Assembly: GCA_965204745.1 (NCBI GenBank)
Contig: OZ242010.1
Span: 3,040,001 to 3,104,000, forward strand
From: Candidatus Latescibacterota bacterium
Lineage (GTDB): Bacteria; Latescibacterota; UBA2968
Reading direction: 5' to 3'
Length of the DNA stretch: 64,000 nucleotides
Part shown: positions 16,772 through 26,666 of the stretch, piece by piece
Layout of the letters: each line of letters begins with the position of its first letter
How positions within the stretch are numbered: position 1 is the first letter of the stretch
Notes under the pieces: model-generated
The model's input: the letters and a program-made list of their open reading frames with translations, nothing else
Told to the model about the DNA's origin: nothing
Database searches by the model: none
Program-made: the position numbers and the translations under genes

Positions 16772-18040
16772 GTGCATGCACTTCGGGCCATGATCGGGCT
16801 GTGCGTCATGGGCATATCCGTCTTGCCATTGCGGGCAAATGAACTGGATTTGGACGCGCTGATTCAAGAGGCTTTGAAAAACAATCCCAACTTATCGGTT
16901 TTGCGGGCGCGGCTGTCGGCCCTAGAAGCAAAAATCCCGCAGGCAGGCGCGTTGGACGACCCATCCTTCCGCTTTGAGGCGAGCAACATCCCCCTGAGCA
17001 ATTTCGATTTGAACCGCACGCCCATGAGCGGCAATCAACTGATGGTCAGCCAAAAATTGCCCCTGCCGGGAAAACAGCGGGCACGCGAGCGCGCCGCCCA
17101 ATTTGCAACAGACGCCGTGGCGTGGCAGTTGCGCGACAGAGAACGCGCCATCGCCAATGCGGTCAAACAGCCGTTTTTCTTCCTGGCGTATTTGACCCGC
17201 GCCATCGCCATCACGCAAAAGAATCGGGTGTTGTTACAAGACCTCGTGCGAATCGCCCGCACGAAATACGCGGTCGGCAAGGGGTTGCAACAAGACGTAT
17301 TAAAAGCCCAAGTCTCCCTCTCGGAATTGGACGCGCAACTCATCGGCCTTCGCGCAAAAAAACAACTGGTCGAGGCGCGGTTGAACGCGGTGTTAAACCG
17401 ACCCTTGCAAAGTCCGATAGGCGCGCCGCCAGACACCATCGGCCTTTCGCCCGCGCCCTTGGCCGCCGATGCCCTGCACAAAATCGCGGATGAGGCGCGG
17501 CCATCCCTGCACGCCATGGCGCGATGGGTTGCGATGTGGCGGGCAAATGTCGAGGTGGCACAGCGCGATTACTGGCCGGATGTCACGCTGAATTTGAGCT
17601 ACCGGCAGCGCGGGTTCGCGCCCAAGGATCCGGGGCGCGATTTTATCTCTTTCGGCGTGGGCATTCAAGTGCCCATCTTTGCCCGCCGCAAGCAGCGACA
17701 GCAGATCGCCGAGGCGCGGGCGAACCTGCGCGAGGCCGAGGCGCGCGAGGCCGCTGAACGCCAGCGGATTCACTACGACATTCAACGCTTGGTGATCGAG
17801 GCCACCCAACACCGGGAAAACGCCGAGTTGTTTCGCACCGCGATGTTGCCGCAAGCCGAGCAATCGCTGGCGTCCGCCCTGTCTGGATACCGGGTGGATA
17901 AGGTGGATTTTTTGACCTTGTTGGACAATCACATGACCTTGTTGAATTTTGAGATCGCGTATTATCGGCATGTCATTGCCCACGAAAAACGGGTGGCCGA
18001 TTTAGAGGCTGTGGTCGGCAGGCCACTCCACGCGGATTAG
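16772..18040 (+). CDS. TolC-family outer-membrane efflux protein (CusC/CzcC-like)
   Basis: GGAGGT RBS; LDALIQEALKNNP, QAGALDDP, SQKLPLPGK, YAVGKGLQQDVLKAQ, VDFLTLLD. Confidence 0.88.
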   Translation: MHALRAMIGLCVMGISVLPLRANELDLDALIQEALKNNPNLSVLRARLSALEAKIPQAGALDDPSFRFEASNIPLSNFDLNRTPMSGNQLMVSQKLPLPGKQRARERAAQFATDAVAWQLRDRERAIANAVKQPFFFLAYLTRAIAITQKNRVLLQDLVRIARTKYAVGKGLQQDVLKAQVSLSELDAQLIGLRAKKQLVEARLNAVLNRPLQSPIGAPPDTIGLSPAPLAADALHKIADEARPSLHAMARWVAMWRANVEVAQRDYWPDVTLNLSYRQRGFAPKDPGRDFISFGVGIQVPIFARRKQRQQIAEARANLREAEAREAAERQRIHYDIQRLVIEATQHRENAELFRTAMLPQAEQSLASALSGYRVDKVDFLTLLDNHMTLLNFEIAYYRHVIAHEKRVADLEAVVGRPLHAD

Positions 18041-18050
18041 GAGGTCGAAA

Positions 18051-19388
18051 ATGAAATACGTCATCCCAATGTTGGCATTGATAGCGGGCTTTGCCGGCGG
18101 CGTCTATATCGCGGGCGATCCGCACACAGAACACACGCAGGCCGGGGCGAAATACATCTGTCCCATGCACCCGACAGTGGTGTCCGACAAGCCGGGCACT
18201 TGCCCCATCTGCAACATGGACTTGGTGGCAAAAGAAATGGATGGGGAACACAGCGCGCAACCCGACCGCTACATCTGTCCCATGCACCCGACAGTGGTGT
18301 CCGACAAGCCGGGCACTTGCCCCATCTGCAACATGGACTTGGTCAAAAAGGAGACCGATCCCGCGCCCTCGCAAAGCGGACAAGTGCAGATCGACCCCGC
18401 GACCATTCAGAACCTCGGCGTGAAAACGATGGTCGTAAAACAACAACCCTTGACGCGCACCATACGCGCACTGGGCCGGGTGGATTACGACGAGACCCGG
18501 ATCATGGACGTGAACAGCAAATTGGCCGGGTGGGTCGAACAACTGTACGTGGATTACACGGGCCGCTGGGTCGAACGAGGCCAACCCTTGCTCGCGCTTT
18601 ACAGCCCGGAACTCGTCGCGGCGCAAGAGGAGTATTTGACCGCGCTGGATTACGCGGACAGAATGCGAGACGGGGCGAACAAAGACATGGCACAAAATGC
18701 CGCGGATCTGCTGTTCGCCGTGCGGCAGCGGCTGTTGTTCTGGGATATTTCAGCGGCTCAGATCGCCGAGTTAAAAAAGAAGCGCGAGGTCGGGCGCACC
18801 ATGCCCATTCTCGCGCCGAGGTCCGGCATCGTGACGCACAAAGACGTGCTAGAAGGCGCGCATATTGCATCCGGGCAACACCTGTATCGCATCGCGGATT
18901 TGTCCGTGGTGTGGATTTACGCCGATGTGTACGAATCCGAAATGTCGTGGATCTCCAAAGGGCAACGCGCCGAGGTCGCGCTCGCGTACTTGCCGGGCGA
19001 GCGATTCGATGGCAAAGTGGATTACATTTTCCCCTTCATGAATCAAAAAACGCGCACCGTGCAGGTGCGGATGGCCTTTGACAATGCAGACGGCGCGCTC
19101 AAACCCGATATGTACGCGCATGTGGTGATCCGCCCCGAAGTGGCCCGCAACGCCCTCGTGGTCCCCGCGCAGGCCATCATCCATTCGGGAACGCGCCGCA
19201 TCGTCATCATCGCGCACGGCAATGGCAAATTTGCCCCCCGCGAAATCCGCACAGGCGTCGAGGCCGAAGACGGGTACGAAGTGCTCACCGGCCTAAACCC
19301 GGGCGACCAAATCGTCACCGCCGCACAATTCTTGATCGATTCCGAAAGCAATTTGAGAGCGGCATTGGCGGGGTTTGAAGGCGGGTAG
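18051..19388 (+). CDS. RND periplasmic adaptor, CusB-like, with two heavy-metal-binding repeats
   Basis: 2 x YICPMHP..DKPGTCPICNMDLV; GWVEQL, YSPELVAAQEEYL, IADLSVVW, LKPDMY, AQFLIDSESNL. Confidence 0.9.
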   Translation: MKYVIPMLALIAGFAGGVYIAGDPHTEHTQAGAKYICPMHPTVVSDKPGTCPICNMDLVAKEMDGEHSAQPDRYICPMHPTVVSDKPGTCPICNMDLVKKETDPAPSQSGQVQIDPATIQNLGVKTMVVKQQPLTRTIRALGRVDYDETRIMDVNSKLAGWVEQLYVDYTGRWVERGQPLLALYSPELVAAQEEYLTALDYADRMRDGANKDMAQNAADLLFAVRQRLLFWDISAAQIAELKKKREVGRTMPILAPRSGIVTHKDVLEGAHIASGQHLYRIADLSVVWIYADVYESEMSWISKGQRAEVALAYLPGERFDGKVDYIFPFMNQKTRTVQVRMAFDNADGALKPDMYAHVVIRPEVARNALVVPAQAIIHSGTRRIVIIAHGNGKFAPREIRTGVEAEDGYEVLTGLNPGDQIVTAAQFLIDSESNLRAALAGFEGG

Positions 19389-19430
19389 GAGGGGAGAGGT
19401 AAGCTGACCACTGACTACTGACTACTGACC
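19389..19430. repeat. Short opposed heptamer scar
   Basis: gaggggagaggtaag then ctgaccactgactactgactactgacc (reverse complement of GGTCAGT units). Confidence 0.75.
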
Positions 19431-19436
19431 AATCCA

Positions 19437-20123
19437 ATGGACACAAACAAATCGAACATCGCACTCGCGGTGCAACGCCTGACCCGCATTTATACGAGTG
19501 GGGGGCAACCGCTTACGGTTTTGGACGACGTCACGTTTTCCATTCTCGAAGGGCAGACTTGCGCGATTGTGGGGCCTTCGGGCAGTGGCAAGACCACGTT
19601 GCTCGGCCTGTGTGCCGGGCTTGACCGGCCGAGTTCTGGCACGGTCGCGCTTTATGGCGTGGCCCTCGATAGCCTCGATGAGGACCAACGCGCAGCCATT
19701 CGCAATGAGTACGTGGGCTTTGTGTTTCAGAGTTTTCAACTCATTCCCACCCTCACGGCCCTTGAAAATGTGATGGTGCCCCTTGAACTGCGCGGCGAAA
19801 CCGGGGCCTTTGACCACGCCAAAGAATTGCTCGACCGCGTGGGCTTGAGGGACCGGCTGACGCATTATCCCGCGCAACTCTCGGGCGGCGAGCAACAGCG
19901 CGTAGGGATCGCACGGGCGTTTATCAACCGGCCGCGCATCCTCTTTGCCGACGAACCCACGGGCAATCTCGACGCGGATACCAGCCAGACCATCGTCGAT
20001 TTGCTCTTTGACCTCAACCGGGAATCGGGCACGACCCTGGTCTTGGTTACGCATGATCGCGACTTGGCCGCACGCACGCAGCGCGTCATCACCCTGAGAT
20101 CGGGAAGGGGATTTGCCGAATGA
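19437..20123 (+). CDS. ABC transporter ATP-binding protein (YbbA/LolD-like)
   Basis: GPSGSGKTT, GFVFQSFQL, LSGGEQQRV, LFADEPTGNLD, VTHD. Confidence 0.92.
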   Translation: MDTNKSNIALAVQRLTRIYTSGGQPLTVLDDVTFSILEGQTCAIVGPSGSGKTTLLGLCAGLDRPSSGTVALYGVALDSLDEDQRAAIRNEYVGFVFQSFQLIPTLTALENVMVPLELRGETGAFDHAKELLDRVGLRDRLTHYPAQLSGGEQQRVGIARAFINRPRILFADEPTGNLDADTSQTIVDLLFDLNRESGTTLVLVTHDRDLAARTQRVITLRSGRGFAE

Positions 20124-22678
20124 ACAACCCGCGACCATCTCAAAAAAAGGGCATCGCGCTTTTTGACGCATGGACGTGGCGCATGGCATGGCGCGACAGC
20201 CGCACGTATCGCAGGCGGTTGTCGCTCTTTATCTCCTGCATTGTTATCGGCGTGGGCGGGTTGGTTGCGGTGCGGTCTTTGGGCGACAATTTGCAACACG
20301 CGGTCGATAGCGAGGCGCGGTCGCTCTTGGGGGCGGATTGGCGCGTGAGCAGCCAACGCGCATTCGCGCCGGCAATCGATTCTTTGTTCGCCTCGTGGGG
20401 CGGGGCGCAATCCCGGGAAGTGCGTTTTGCGTCGATGGTGTTTTTTCCCGAAACCGGGGGCACGCGCTTGGTGCAGGTGCGCGCGCTCGAAGGCGGCTTT
20501 CCCTATTACGGCGCGTTTGAGACCGCGCCCCTAGCTGCGGCGCGAACATTCCAGCGGGATGCGACGGCGTTGCTCGACGATGGCTTGCTCGTTCAATTTG
20601 GCGTGCAAGTCGGGGATTCGGTACGCATTGGCAACCACGCCTTTGTCATTGGCGGGCGCATCAAAAAAATCTCGGGGGAGACCATGGCCTTTGCCACAGT
20701 CGCGCCGCGCGTGTACATTCCCCTGTCCCATCTCGACAAAACGGGCCTCATCAAGTTTGGCAGTTTGGCGTCTTACGCGGCCTATTTCAAATTCGATGAC
20801 GAGACGCAACTCCCCAGGCTTCGCAAGCAGTTGCGCCCCTATCGCCAAGAACACAATTTGCGGACCGAGACCGTTGTCAGTCGGCGAGAACGCTTGGACA
20901 GCACGTTGGGCAATCTGTACATTTTTTTGAGTCTGGTCGCGTTTGCCGCGCTGTTGCTCGGCTGTATCGGCGTTGCCAGCGCGGTTCACGTGTACGCGCG
21001 TCAAAAAATCGGCACGGTCGCGATTCTGCGTTGCATGGGCGCGCAGGCCGGGCAGGTCATGGGCATTTACGGCATTCAGGCCGGGGTTATGGGCCTGATC
21101 GGCGCGGGTTGTGGCGCGTTGCTCGGCGTGGGCATTCAGTATCTTTTGCCCGGGGTGCTCGCGCAAATCCTGCCAGTCGAACTCGAGATTCAACCCTCTT
21201 ACAGCGCGATTGTGCAGGGGTTTGGCATTGGGCTTTTGCTCTCCGTGCTCTTTGCCCTGCTTCCCTTGTTGCCGGTTCGGCACACGTCTCCCCTGCATAC
21301 CTTGCGCGCATCTTTTGAAGATGTGCGTTCTAAAATTGACCCCATGCAAGTGGGAGTGGTCGGGGGCATCGGCCTCATTGTCGCGGGCTTGGGCATCGTG
21401 CAGACCGACAGCGTGCGCTTGGGCTTGGGCATTGCCGCGGGATTTGCCCTCGCTTTTGGGGTGCTCATCGGCGCGGCGTGGCTCATCGTCAAGACCGTGC
21501 GCCGCTTCTTTCCCGCAACGTGGCAATACGTGTGGCGGCAGGGCCTGGCGAACCTGTATCGGCCGCACAATCAGACGACCATTTTGATGCTCGCGCTGGG
21601 CCTCGGCACGTTTCTCGTTGCCACGCTCTACATCGCGCAGGCTGCGATCCTCGCGCAAATCGCCATTGCGGGGCGGGACAACCGCCCGAATTTCGTGCTC
21701 GTGGATGTGCAAACCGATCAGATCGAAGACGTGAGCGCGTTGCTCGACGTGCAGGGCCTGCCGGTCCTCCACCGCGCGCCTATCGTTACCATGCGCCTCA
21801 AATCCATTAAGGGGCAGGACGCGCGGGCCTACGGCCGAGAGAACGATGTGCCGCGCTGGGCCATTCAGCGCGAATATCGCTCGACCTATCGCAACCACCT
21901 CTTTGACTCGGAACGCCTCATCGCCGGCGCGTGGGTCGATGCGGAACGCACGGACGAACCCATCCCCATTTCCGTTGAACGCGATATCGCGCGATCCCTG
22001 CGCGTTTCACTGGGGGATACCCTGATTTTTGACGTCCAAGGCGTGCCTATGCAAACCGCGGTTCACAGCTTGCGCGAAGTGGATTGGCAACGCATTCAGC
22101 CCAATTTTTTCGTGGTCTTTCCCAAAGGCGTGCTCGAATCCGCGCCGCAGTTCCACGTCTTGACCACGCGCGTGCAGACGACCGAACAATCGGCTGCGTT
22201 GCAACGCACGCTGGTGCAACGCCATCCCAATGTCTCGGTGGTCGACCTCGGCCTCTTGCTCAAGACCATCGACGACGTGCTCTCGCAAGTCGCGTTTGTC
22301 GTGCGCTTTATGGCCCTGTTCAGCGTGGTCACCGGGCTTATCGTGCTGGCCGCCGCGGTGACGACGAGCCGGTATCAACGCATCCGGGAAGCGGTTTTGC
22401 TCCGCACCTTGGGCGCGTCTCAAAAGCAGATTCGGCGCATTCTCTTGCTCGAATACACGTTCTTGGGCGCGCTCGCGGCACTGACCGGCTTGCTGTTGTC
22501 TATCGCCGGCGCGTGGGCCGTTACATATTTTGTGTTTGACATCGACTTTGCCCTGCCCACGTGGGCCATTGCCGGGGTCTTCGCGATAGTGACAGTGCTC
22601 ACCATCGCGGTCGGCATGCTCAACAGCCGCGGCATTGCCAACCGCCCCCCGCTCGAGATTTTACGCGCCGAGGAGTGA
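20120..22678 (+). CDS. ABC transporter permease, YbbP/FtsX-like
   Basis: MAWRDSR, LLGAD, FPYYG, two 4-TM FtsX-like halves, LREVDWQRIQPNFFVVF, LRTLGAS, PPLEILR. Confidence 0.9.
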   Translation: MNNPRPSQKKGIALFDAWTWRMAWRDSRTYRRRLSLFISCIVIGVGGLVAVRSLGDNLQHAVDSEARSLLGADWRVSSQRAFAPAIDSLFASWGGAQSREVRFASMVFFPETGGTRLVQVRALEGGFPYYGAFETAPLAAARTFQRDATALLDDGLLVQFGVQVGDSVRIGNHAFVIGGRIKKISGETMAFATVAPRVYIPLSHLDKTGLIKFGSLASYAAYFKFDDETQLPRLRKQLRPYRQEHNLRTETVVSRRERLDSTLGNLYIFLSLVAFAALLLGCIGVASAVHVYARQKIGTVAILRCMGAQAGQVMGIYGIQAGVMGLIGAGCGALLGVGIQYLLPGVLAQILPVELEIQPSYSAIVQGFGIGLLLSVLFALLPLLPVRHTSPLHTLRASFEDVRSKIDPMQVGVVGGIGLIVAGLGIVQTDSVRLGLGIAAGFALAFGVLIGAAWLIVKTVRRFFPATWQYVWRQGLANLYRPHNQTTILMLALGLGTFLVATLYIAQAAILAQIAIAGRDNRPNFVLVDVQTDQIEDVSALLDVQGLPVLHRAPIVTMRLKSIKGQDARAYGRENDVPRWAIQREYRSTYRNHLFDSERLIAGAWVDAERTDEPIPISVERDIARSLRVSLGDTLIFDVQGVPMQTAVHSLREVDWQRIQPNFFVVFPKGVLESAPQFHVLTTRVQTTEQSAALQRTLVQRHPNVSVVDLGLLLKTIDDVLSQVAFVVRFMALFSVVTGLIVLAAAVTTSRYQRIREAVLLRTLGASQKQIRRILLLEYTFLGALAALTGLLLSIAGAWAVTYFVFDIDFALPTWAIAGVFAIVTVLTIAVGMLNSRGIANRPPLEILRAEE

Positions 22679-22700
22679 GTATCCACAGATGAAAGGCGAG

Positions 22701-24890
22701 ATGAAAATGGCACGGCTTCGCGGGATTGTCGAGCGCATCACATTTCAAAATGAAGACAGCGGCTATACGGTCGCCCGATTGCAGGTGGAAGACCCCGTCC
22801 ACGCGGCGTCGCCAGATGGGTTGGCGACCATCGTGGGCGAAATGTTGTCGATCAACCCGGGCGAGACCGTGGTTTTGGAAGGGGAATGGACGAATCACAA
22901 GCAGTACGGCGCGCAATTCAAGATCGCGTCCTATCGGACCGTGCAGCCATCGACGGTGGAGGGCATGCGCCGGTATTTGGGGTCCGGGTTGATCAAGGGC
23001 ATCGGGCCGGTGACGGCCAAGCGGATCGTGGATCACTTCGGGCGCGAATCCCTACAAGTCATCGAGCGCGACCCAGAGCGGTTGGTCGAAGTTGAGGGCT
23101 TGGGGGCGAAGCGCGCCAAGTGGATCGTCAGGGCTTGGGAGGACCAGCGCGAGATTCACAATGTGATGCTGTTCTTGCAATCGCACGAGGTGGGCACGGG
23201 ATACGCGGTCAAAATTTGGAAGCGATACGGGCAACAAGCCATCGAGGTCATTCGGGAAAATCCCTATCGCCTGTCTGCGGATGTGTGGGGCATCGGGTTT
23301 TTGACTGCGGATCGCATCGCGCAAAAAATGGGCATTCCCGCGCATTCGGACCGGCGCGTTCAGGCCGGCATTTTGCATGTGTTGCACGAGGCCGCAGACA
23401 AGGACGGGCACGTGTTTTTGCCCGAAGACGCGCTTATCGAATCATGCGCGCAGGCCCTCTCGGTGCCGGTGGACGCCATCCCCCCGTGCGTGGCGCAACT
23501 GGTGCGCGACGAGGCCATTGTCGCCCATGAGGAGCGGGTGTATTTGCCGCATTTGTACTATGCGGAACAAGGCGCGGCAACGCGGTGCTATCAGTTGTCG
23601 CAGGTGGCGCGCATTGAATTGGGCGATATCCCGGCCGAGATCGCGGCGATAGAACAGCGCGATGGCGTAGTGTTCGCGCCCGGTCAGAAGTTGGCGTTGC
23701 AAAAGGCATTGTCGCACAATTTGCTGGTGCTGACGGGTGGACCGGGTACGGGCAAGACCACGGCGATTAAGGGCCTGATCGCGCTTTTGGAGGCGCGAAA
23801 AAAGAAGATCGCGCTGGCAGCCCCCACGGGCCGCGCGGCCAAGCGGATGTCCGAAGCCACCGGGCACGAGGCCAAGACCATCCACCGCTTGCTGAAGTTC
23901 AGCCCGTCCGAGATGGCTTTTGAGAAGAATTTTGAAAATCCGCTGACAATTGACGCCCTGATTGTGGATGAAATCTCGATGGTGGATACGGTGTTGATGA
24001 ACAGCTTGTTGCGCGCTGTGCCCATCCGCGCGTCGGTGGTTTTGGTGGGCGATGTGGATCAGTTGCCGTCGGTCGGCGCGGGCAATGTGTTGAAAGACGT
24101 GATCGCATCCGGCATCGTGGAGGTGGTGGAACTCAACGAGATTTTTCGGCAGGCGCGAACGAGCCGCATCATTACCAATGCCCACGCGATCAACCGCGGG
24201 GAAATGCCCAATTTGCGAAATGACCGAGCCGCGGATTTCTTTTTTTTGGAGATCGCCGAACCAGACCGAGTCGTGGAGGCGATTTGCGGCTTGTGTGCAT
24301 CGCGCTTGCCGCGCACGTATCGCTTGGACGGCATCGAGGATATTCAAGTGCTGGTGCCGATGTATCGGGGCGAGACCGGCGCGAACAATCTCAATCGCGT
24401 GTTGCAAGACCGGTTGAACGCCCGCGGGCCTGAACTCAACCGGGGCGGCGTGCAATTTCGGGTGGGCGACAAGGTGATGCAGGTGCGGAATAACTACGAC
24501 CGCGATGTTTTTAACGGGGATATCGGGCGCGTTCACGCGATAGACGACGAGGAACTCCATGTGCGGTTTCAGCAGCGCGTTGTGGTCTATGAGTTTTCGG
24601 AATTGGACGAGTTGGTGCTGGCTTACGCGATGAGCGTCCACAAGGGCCAAGGCGCGGAGTTTCGCGCTGTGGTGATGCCCCTGACCACGCAACACTATAT
24701 GATGTTGCAGCGCAATTTGCTGTACACGGCCATTACCCGGGCGCGGGAACTGGTGGTCATCGTGGGTACGAAACAAGCCCTCGGCATGGCCGTGCGGAAC
24801 AATCAGGTCGCCATGCGACACACGACCTTGGCACAGCGCATTCGCGCCGGACTCGCCGATGAAACCGCCGGAATAGACGCACAGGCGTAG
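22701..24890 (+). CDS. recD2: ATP-dependent RecD2-like DNA helicase
   Basis: VERITFQN, YLGSGLIKGIGP, ENPYRL, TGGPGTGKTT, APTGRAAKR, DEISMVD, GDVDQLPSVG, YAMSVHKGQG, RNLLYTAITRA; exact start (22689/22701/22707) uncertain. Confidence 0.92.
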   Translation: MKMARLRGIVERITFQNEDSGYTVARLQVEDPVHAASPDGLATIVGEMLSINPGETVVLEGEWTNHKQYGAQFKIASYRTVQPSTVEGMRRYLGSGLIKGIGPVTAKRIVDHFGRESLQVIERDPERLVEVEGLGAKRAKWIVRAWEDQREIHNVMLFLQSHEVGTGYAVKIWKRYGQQAIEVIRENPYRLSADVWGIGFLTADRIAQKMGIPAHSDRRVQAGILHVLHEAADKDGHVFLPEDALIESCAQALSVPVDAIPPCVAQLVRDEAIVAHEERVYLPHLYYAEQGAATRCYQLSQVARIELGDIPAEIAAIEQRDGVVFAPGQKLALQKALSHNLLVLTGGPGTGKTTAIKGLIALLEARKKKIALAAPTGRAAKRMSEATGHEAKTIHRLLKFSPSEMAFEKNFENPLTIDALIVDEISMVDTVLMNSLLRAVPIRASVVLVGDVDQLPSVGAGNVLKDVIASGIVEVVELNEIFRQARTSRIITNAHAINRGEMPNLRNDRAADFFFLEIAEPDRVVEAICGLCASRLPRTYRLDGIEDIQVLVPMYRGETGANNLNRVLQDRLNARGPELNRGGVQFRVGDKVMQVRNNYDRDVFNGDIGRVHAIDDEELHVRFQQRVVVYEFSELDELVLAYAMSVHKGQGAEFRAVVMPLTTQHYMMLQRNLLYTAITRARELVVIVGTKQALGMAVRNNQVAMRHTTLAQRIRAGLADETAGIDAQA

Positions 24891-25018
24891 CGAGTCGCGT
24901 CTTTAGAGACATCGATCATACGGGAAATGAGGAACAGACATTCCGTACGGATCATGCGGTGCTTGTCTCAAGCGTTTAGCCCTAAAGCATTGTTGGTTGC
25001 CTCCGATGCCTTCGGCGA

Positions 25019-25050
25019 CCTACTTTTTTTCAACAGCAAAAAAAAGTAGG
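25019..25050. repeat. A/T-rich inverted repeat in the convergent intergenic region
   Basis: cctacttttttt caacagc aaaaaaaagtagg. Confidence 0.55.
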
Positions 25051-25379
25051 CAAAAAATGCCGCTCTCAAACGCCGAGGGGCTTGCACAGCGCAAAGCGCT
25101 TTTGTAACAGCACGACATGCGTTGGCCTGCAAAGTGGGTTGCAACATGGATGTTGGTTGCGAGACGGACTTGCGCGCTGTGCGTGATGGCTTTAGCGGAT
25201 GGGCTTTTGCGATGGCATGGTTGCCATGGCTTCTCTGAATGACTGCGGAACGTCAAGGGGTTCGCTTGCTGTCAGTATATCGCATCGGGCCAACAGCAAT
25301 TTAATTTGGTATTGCAAAAGCGTCATGACGAATTTGCGTTCTGGTGAGCGTCGCGTAGTCAAAGCATCTCTTGCCTCGC

Positions 25380-26009
25380 TCAACACAGCTCGATTTTTTG
25401 ACGAATGCACGCGCTGAGGTCTCGAACAGAAACAGCCCCCTCGCGCAACAGGAGGGCGCGGTGCGTGGAGACATCGACCAATGTGGAGGGCGTTGTGCTG
25501 GCAGACGGGCCACCGTCGAGAATGAGATCGAGGTGATCGCCGAGCGCGTTTTGCACTTCATGAGCGGAGCGCGCAGACGGGGTGCCCGAGCGATTCGCGC
25601 TGGTGCTGGTGAGAGGGCCGCCCAATGCGGTCAGCAGTTGCGCGGCGATGGGAGAACTGGAATGGCGCAAGGCAATGGTGTCGCGCTCGCCCTGCAGGAA
25701 AGGTGGGAGGTTTGGATTGGCTTTGAAAATTAGGGTGAGCGGCCCGGGCCAAAACGCGCGGATGAGCGTTTGCGCGGTCGGCGAGATGGCGCGGACGAGT
25801 GTTGCGAGGTCGTCTGCGCCGCGAATTAAGAGGATGATGCCCTTGGTTTCCTCGCGGTCTTTGGCGATGAAAATTTTTTGCATCGCTTCCCTGCGATACG
25901 GATCCGCACCGAGTCCATAGACCGTCTCGGTCGGATAGGCAATCAAGCCGCCGTTTTTGATCTGCTCGGCAGCGCGCTGGATGTTTTGAGGGGTCGGTGG
26001 GGTGATCAT
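25380..26009 (-). CDS. tsaC: L-threonylcarbamoyladenylate synthase (TsaC/YrdC)
   Basis: IAYPTETVYGLG, KDR, FWPGPLTL, STSANRSG, PSTLVD. Confidence 0.9.
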   Translation of the reverse strand: MITPPTPQNIQRAAEQIKNGGLIAYPTETVYGLGADPYRREAMQKIFIAKDREETKGIILLIRGADDLATLVRAISPTAQTLIRAFWPGPLTLIFKANPNLPPFLQGERDTIALRHSSSPIAAQLLTALGGPLTSTSANRSGTPSARSAHEVQNALGDHLDLILDGGPSASTTPSTLVDVSTHRALLLREGAVSVRDLSACIRQKIELC

Positions 26010-26016
26010 AAAAAAG

Positions 26017-26204
26017 GGGAGAGGTGAGAGGCAAGAGGCAAGAGGCAAGACATGAAAGGCGTGAGAGGTGAGAGGCAAGACGGGAGAAGGCAACTGCGCT
26101 ATTCCGATCAAGAGATCAGTGGTCAGTAGTCAGTGGTCAGTGGTCAGTGGTCAGTGGTCAGTGGTCAGTGGTCAGTGGTCAGTGGTCAGTGGTCAGTGGT
26201 CAGT
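26017..26204 (+). repeat. Composite repeat: purine heptamer arm, 24 nt linker, (TCAGTGG)x~12
   Basis: gagaggtgagaggcaagaggcaa...gagaaggc aactgcgctattccgatcaagaga tcagtgg tcagtag tcagtgg... Confidence 0.9.
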
Positions 26205-26274
26205 CCCCGCCCATCGCCGCCCAAAGGCGGTTCGCAGATCATGCAGAGGGCGCAAAAAAATATCATAGCCCGCG

Positions 26275-26499
26275 CTATGCGGCAAAGTCGAGCATTTCGA
26301 GGATGATGCCGCGCTTCCATTGCTCTTGTGCTTGGCGGAGCAGTGCCTTGTTCACCGATTCGGAAATGTATTCTTCCCCACAATTGTCACAGATTTGTGC
26401 AGGTACTTTTTTGAAGACGACGGTTGTCTGGCCGCGTTCCAAGACAACAGTGGTGTCTCCCGCTGTGGTAATCCCATGGCGACAAATCGCGCATTTCAT
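26275..26499 (-). CDS. YgiT-type zinc-finger (MqsA-like) protein, toxin partner absent
   Basis: MKCAICRHG..VVFKKVPAQICDNCGEEY. Confidence 0.85.
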   Translation of the reverse strand: MKCAICRHGITTAGDTTVVLERGQTTVVFKKVPAQICDNCGEEYISESVNKALLRQAQEQWKRGIILEMLDFAA

Positions 26500-26529
26500 C
26501 TTCTCCTCCTCCGCCAGGCTTCCTTACCA

Positions 26530-26558
26530 AATGTAAGCAGGCGAATGGGCATTGTCAA
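26530..26558 (-). promoter_or_regulatory. Candidate sigma70 promoter for the YgiT-type gene
   Basis: TTGACA-N17-TACATT on the minus strand. Confidence 0.55.
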
Positions 26559-26601
26559 TTATGGGTTGATATGGCCTGTTTTTTGTATTTTATTCAGACA
26601 G

Positions 26602-26630
26602 TTGACACATCTCGGTCGTTTGCGTACGCT
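26602..26630 (+). promoter_or_regulatory. Candidate sigma70 promoter for the porV-like and glnE genes
   Basis: TTGACA-N17-TACGCT. Confidence 0.55.
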
Positions 26631-26666
26631 ATGGAAAGTTGCGTCATTTCCCCGACGGGAGTTCCT

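Noticed and set aside
20531-21898. 455 aa minus-strand ORF
   Set aside because: Antisense shadow of the ABC permease
23442-24821. 459 aa minus-strand ORF
   Set aside because: Antisense shadow of recD2
24891-25379. Small ORFs between recD2 and tsaC
   Set aside because: No RBS, motif or codon-bias support
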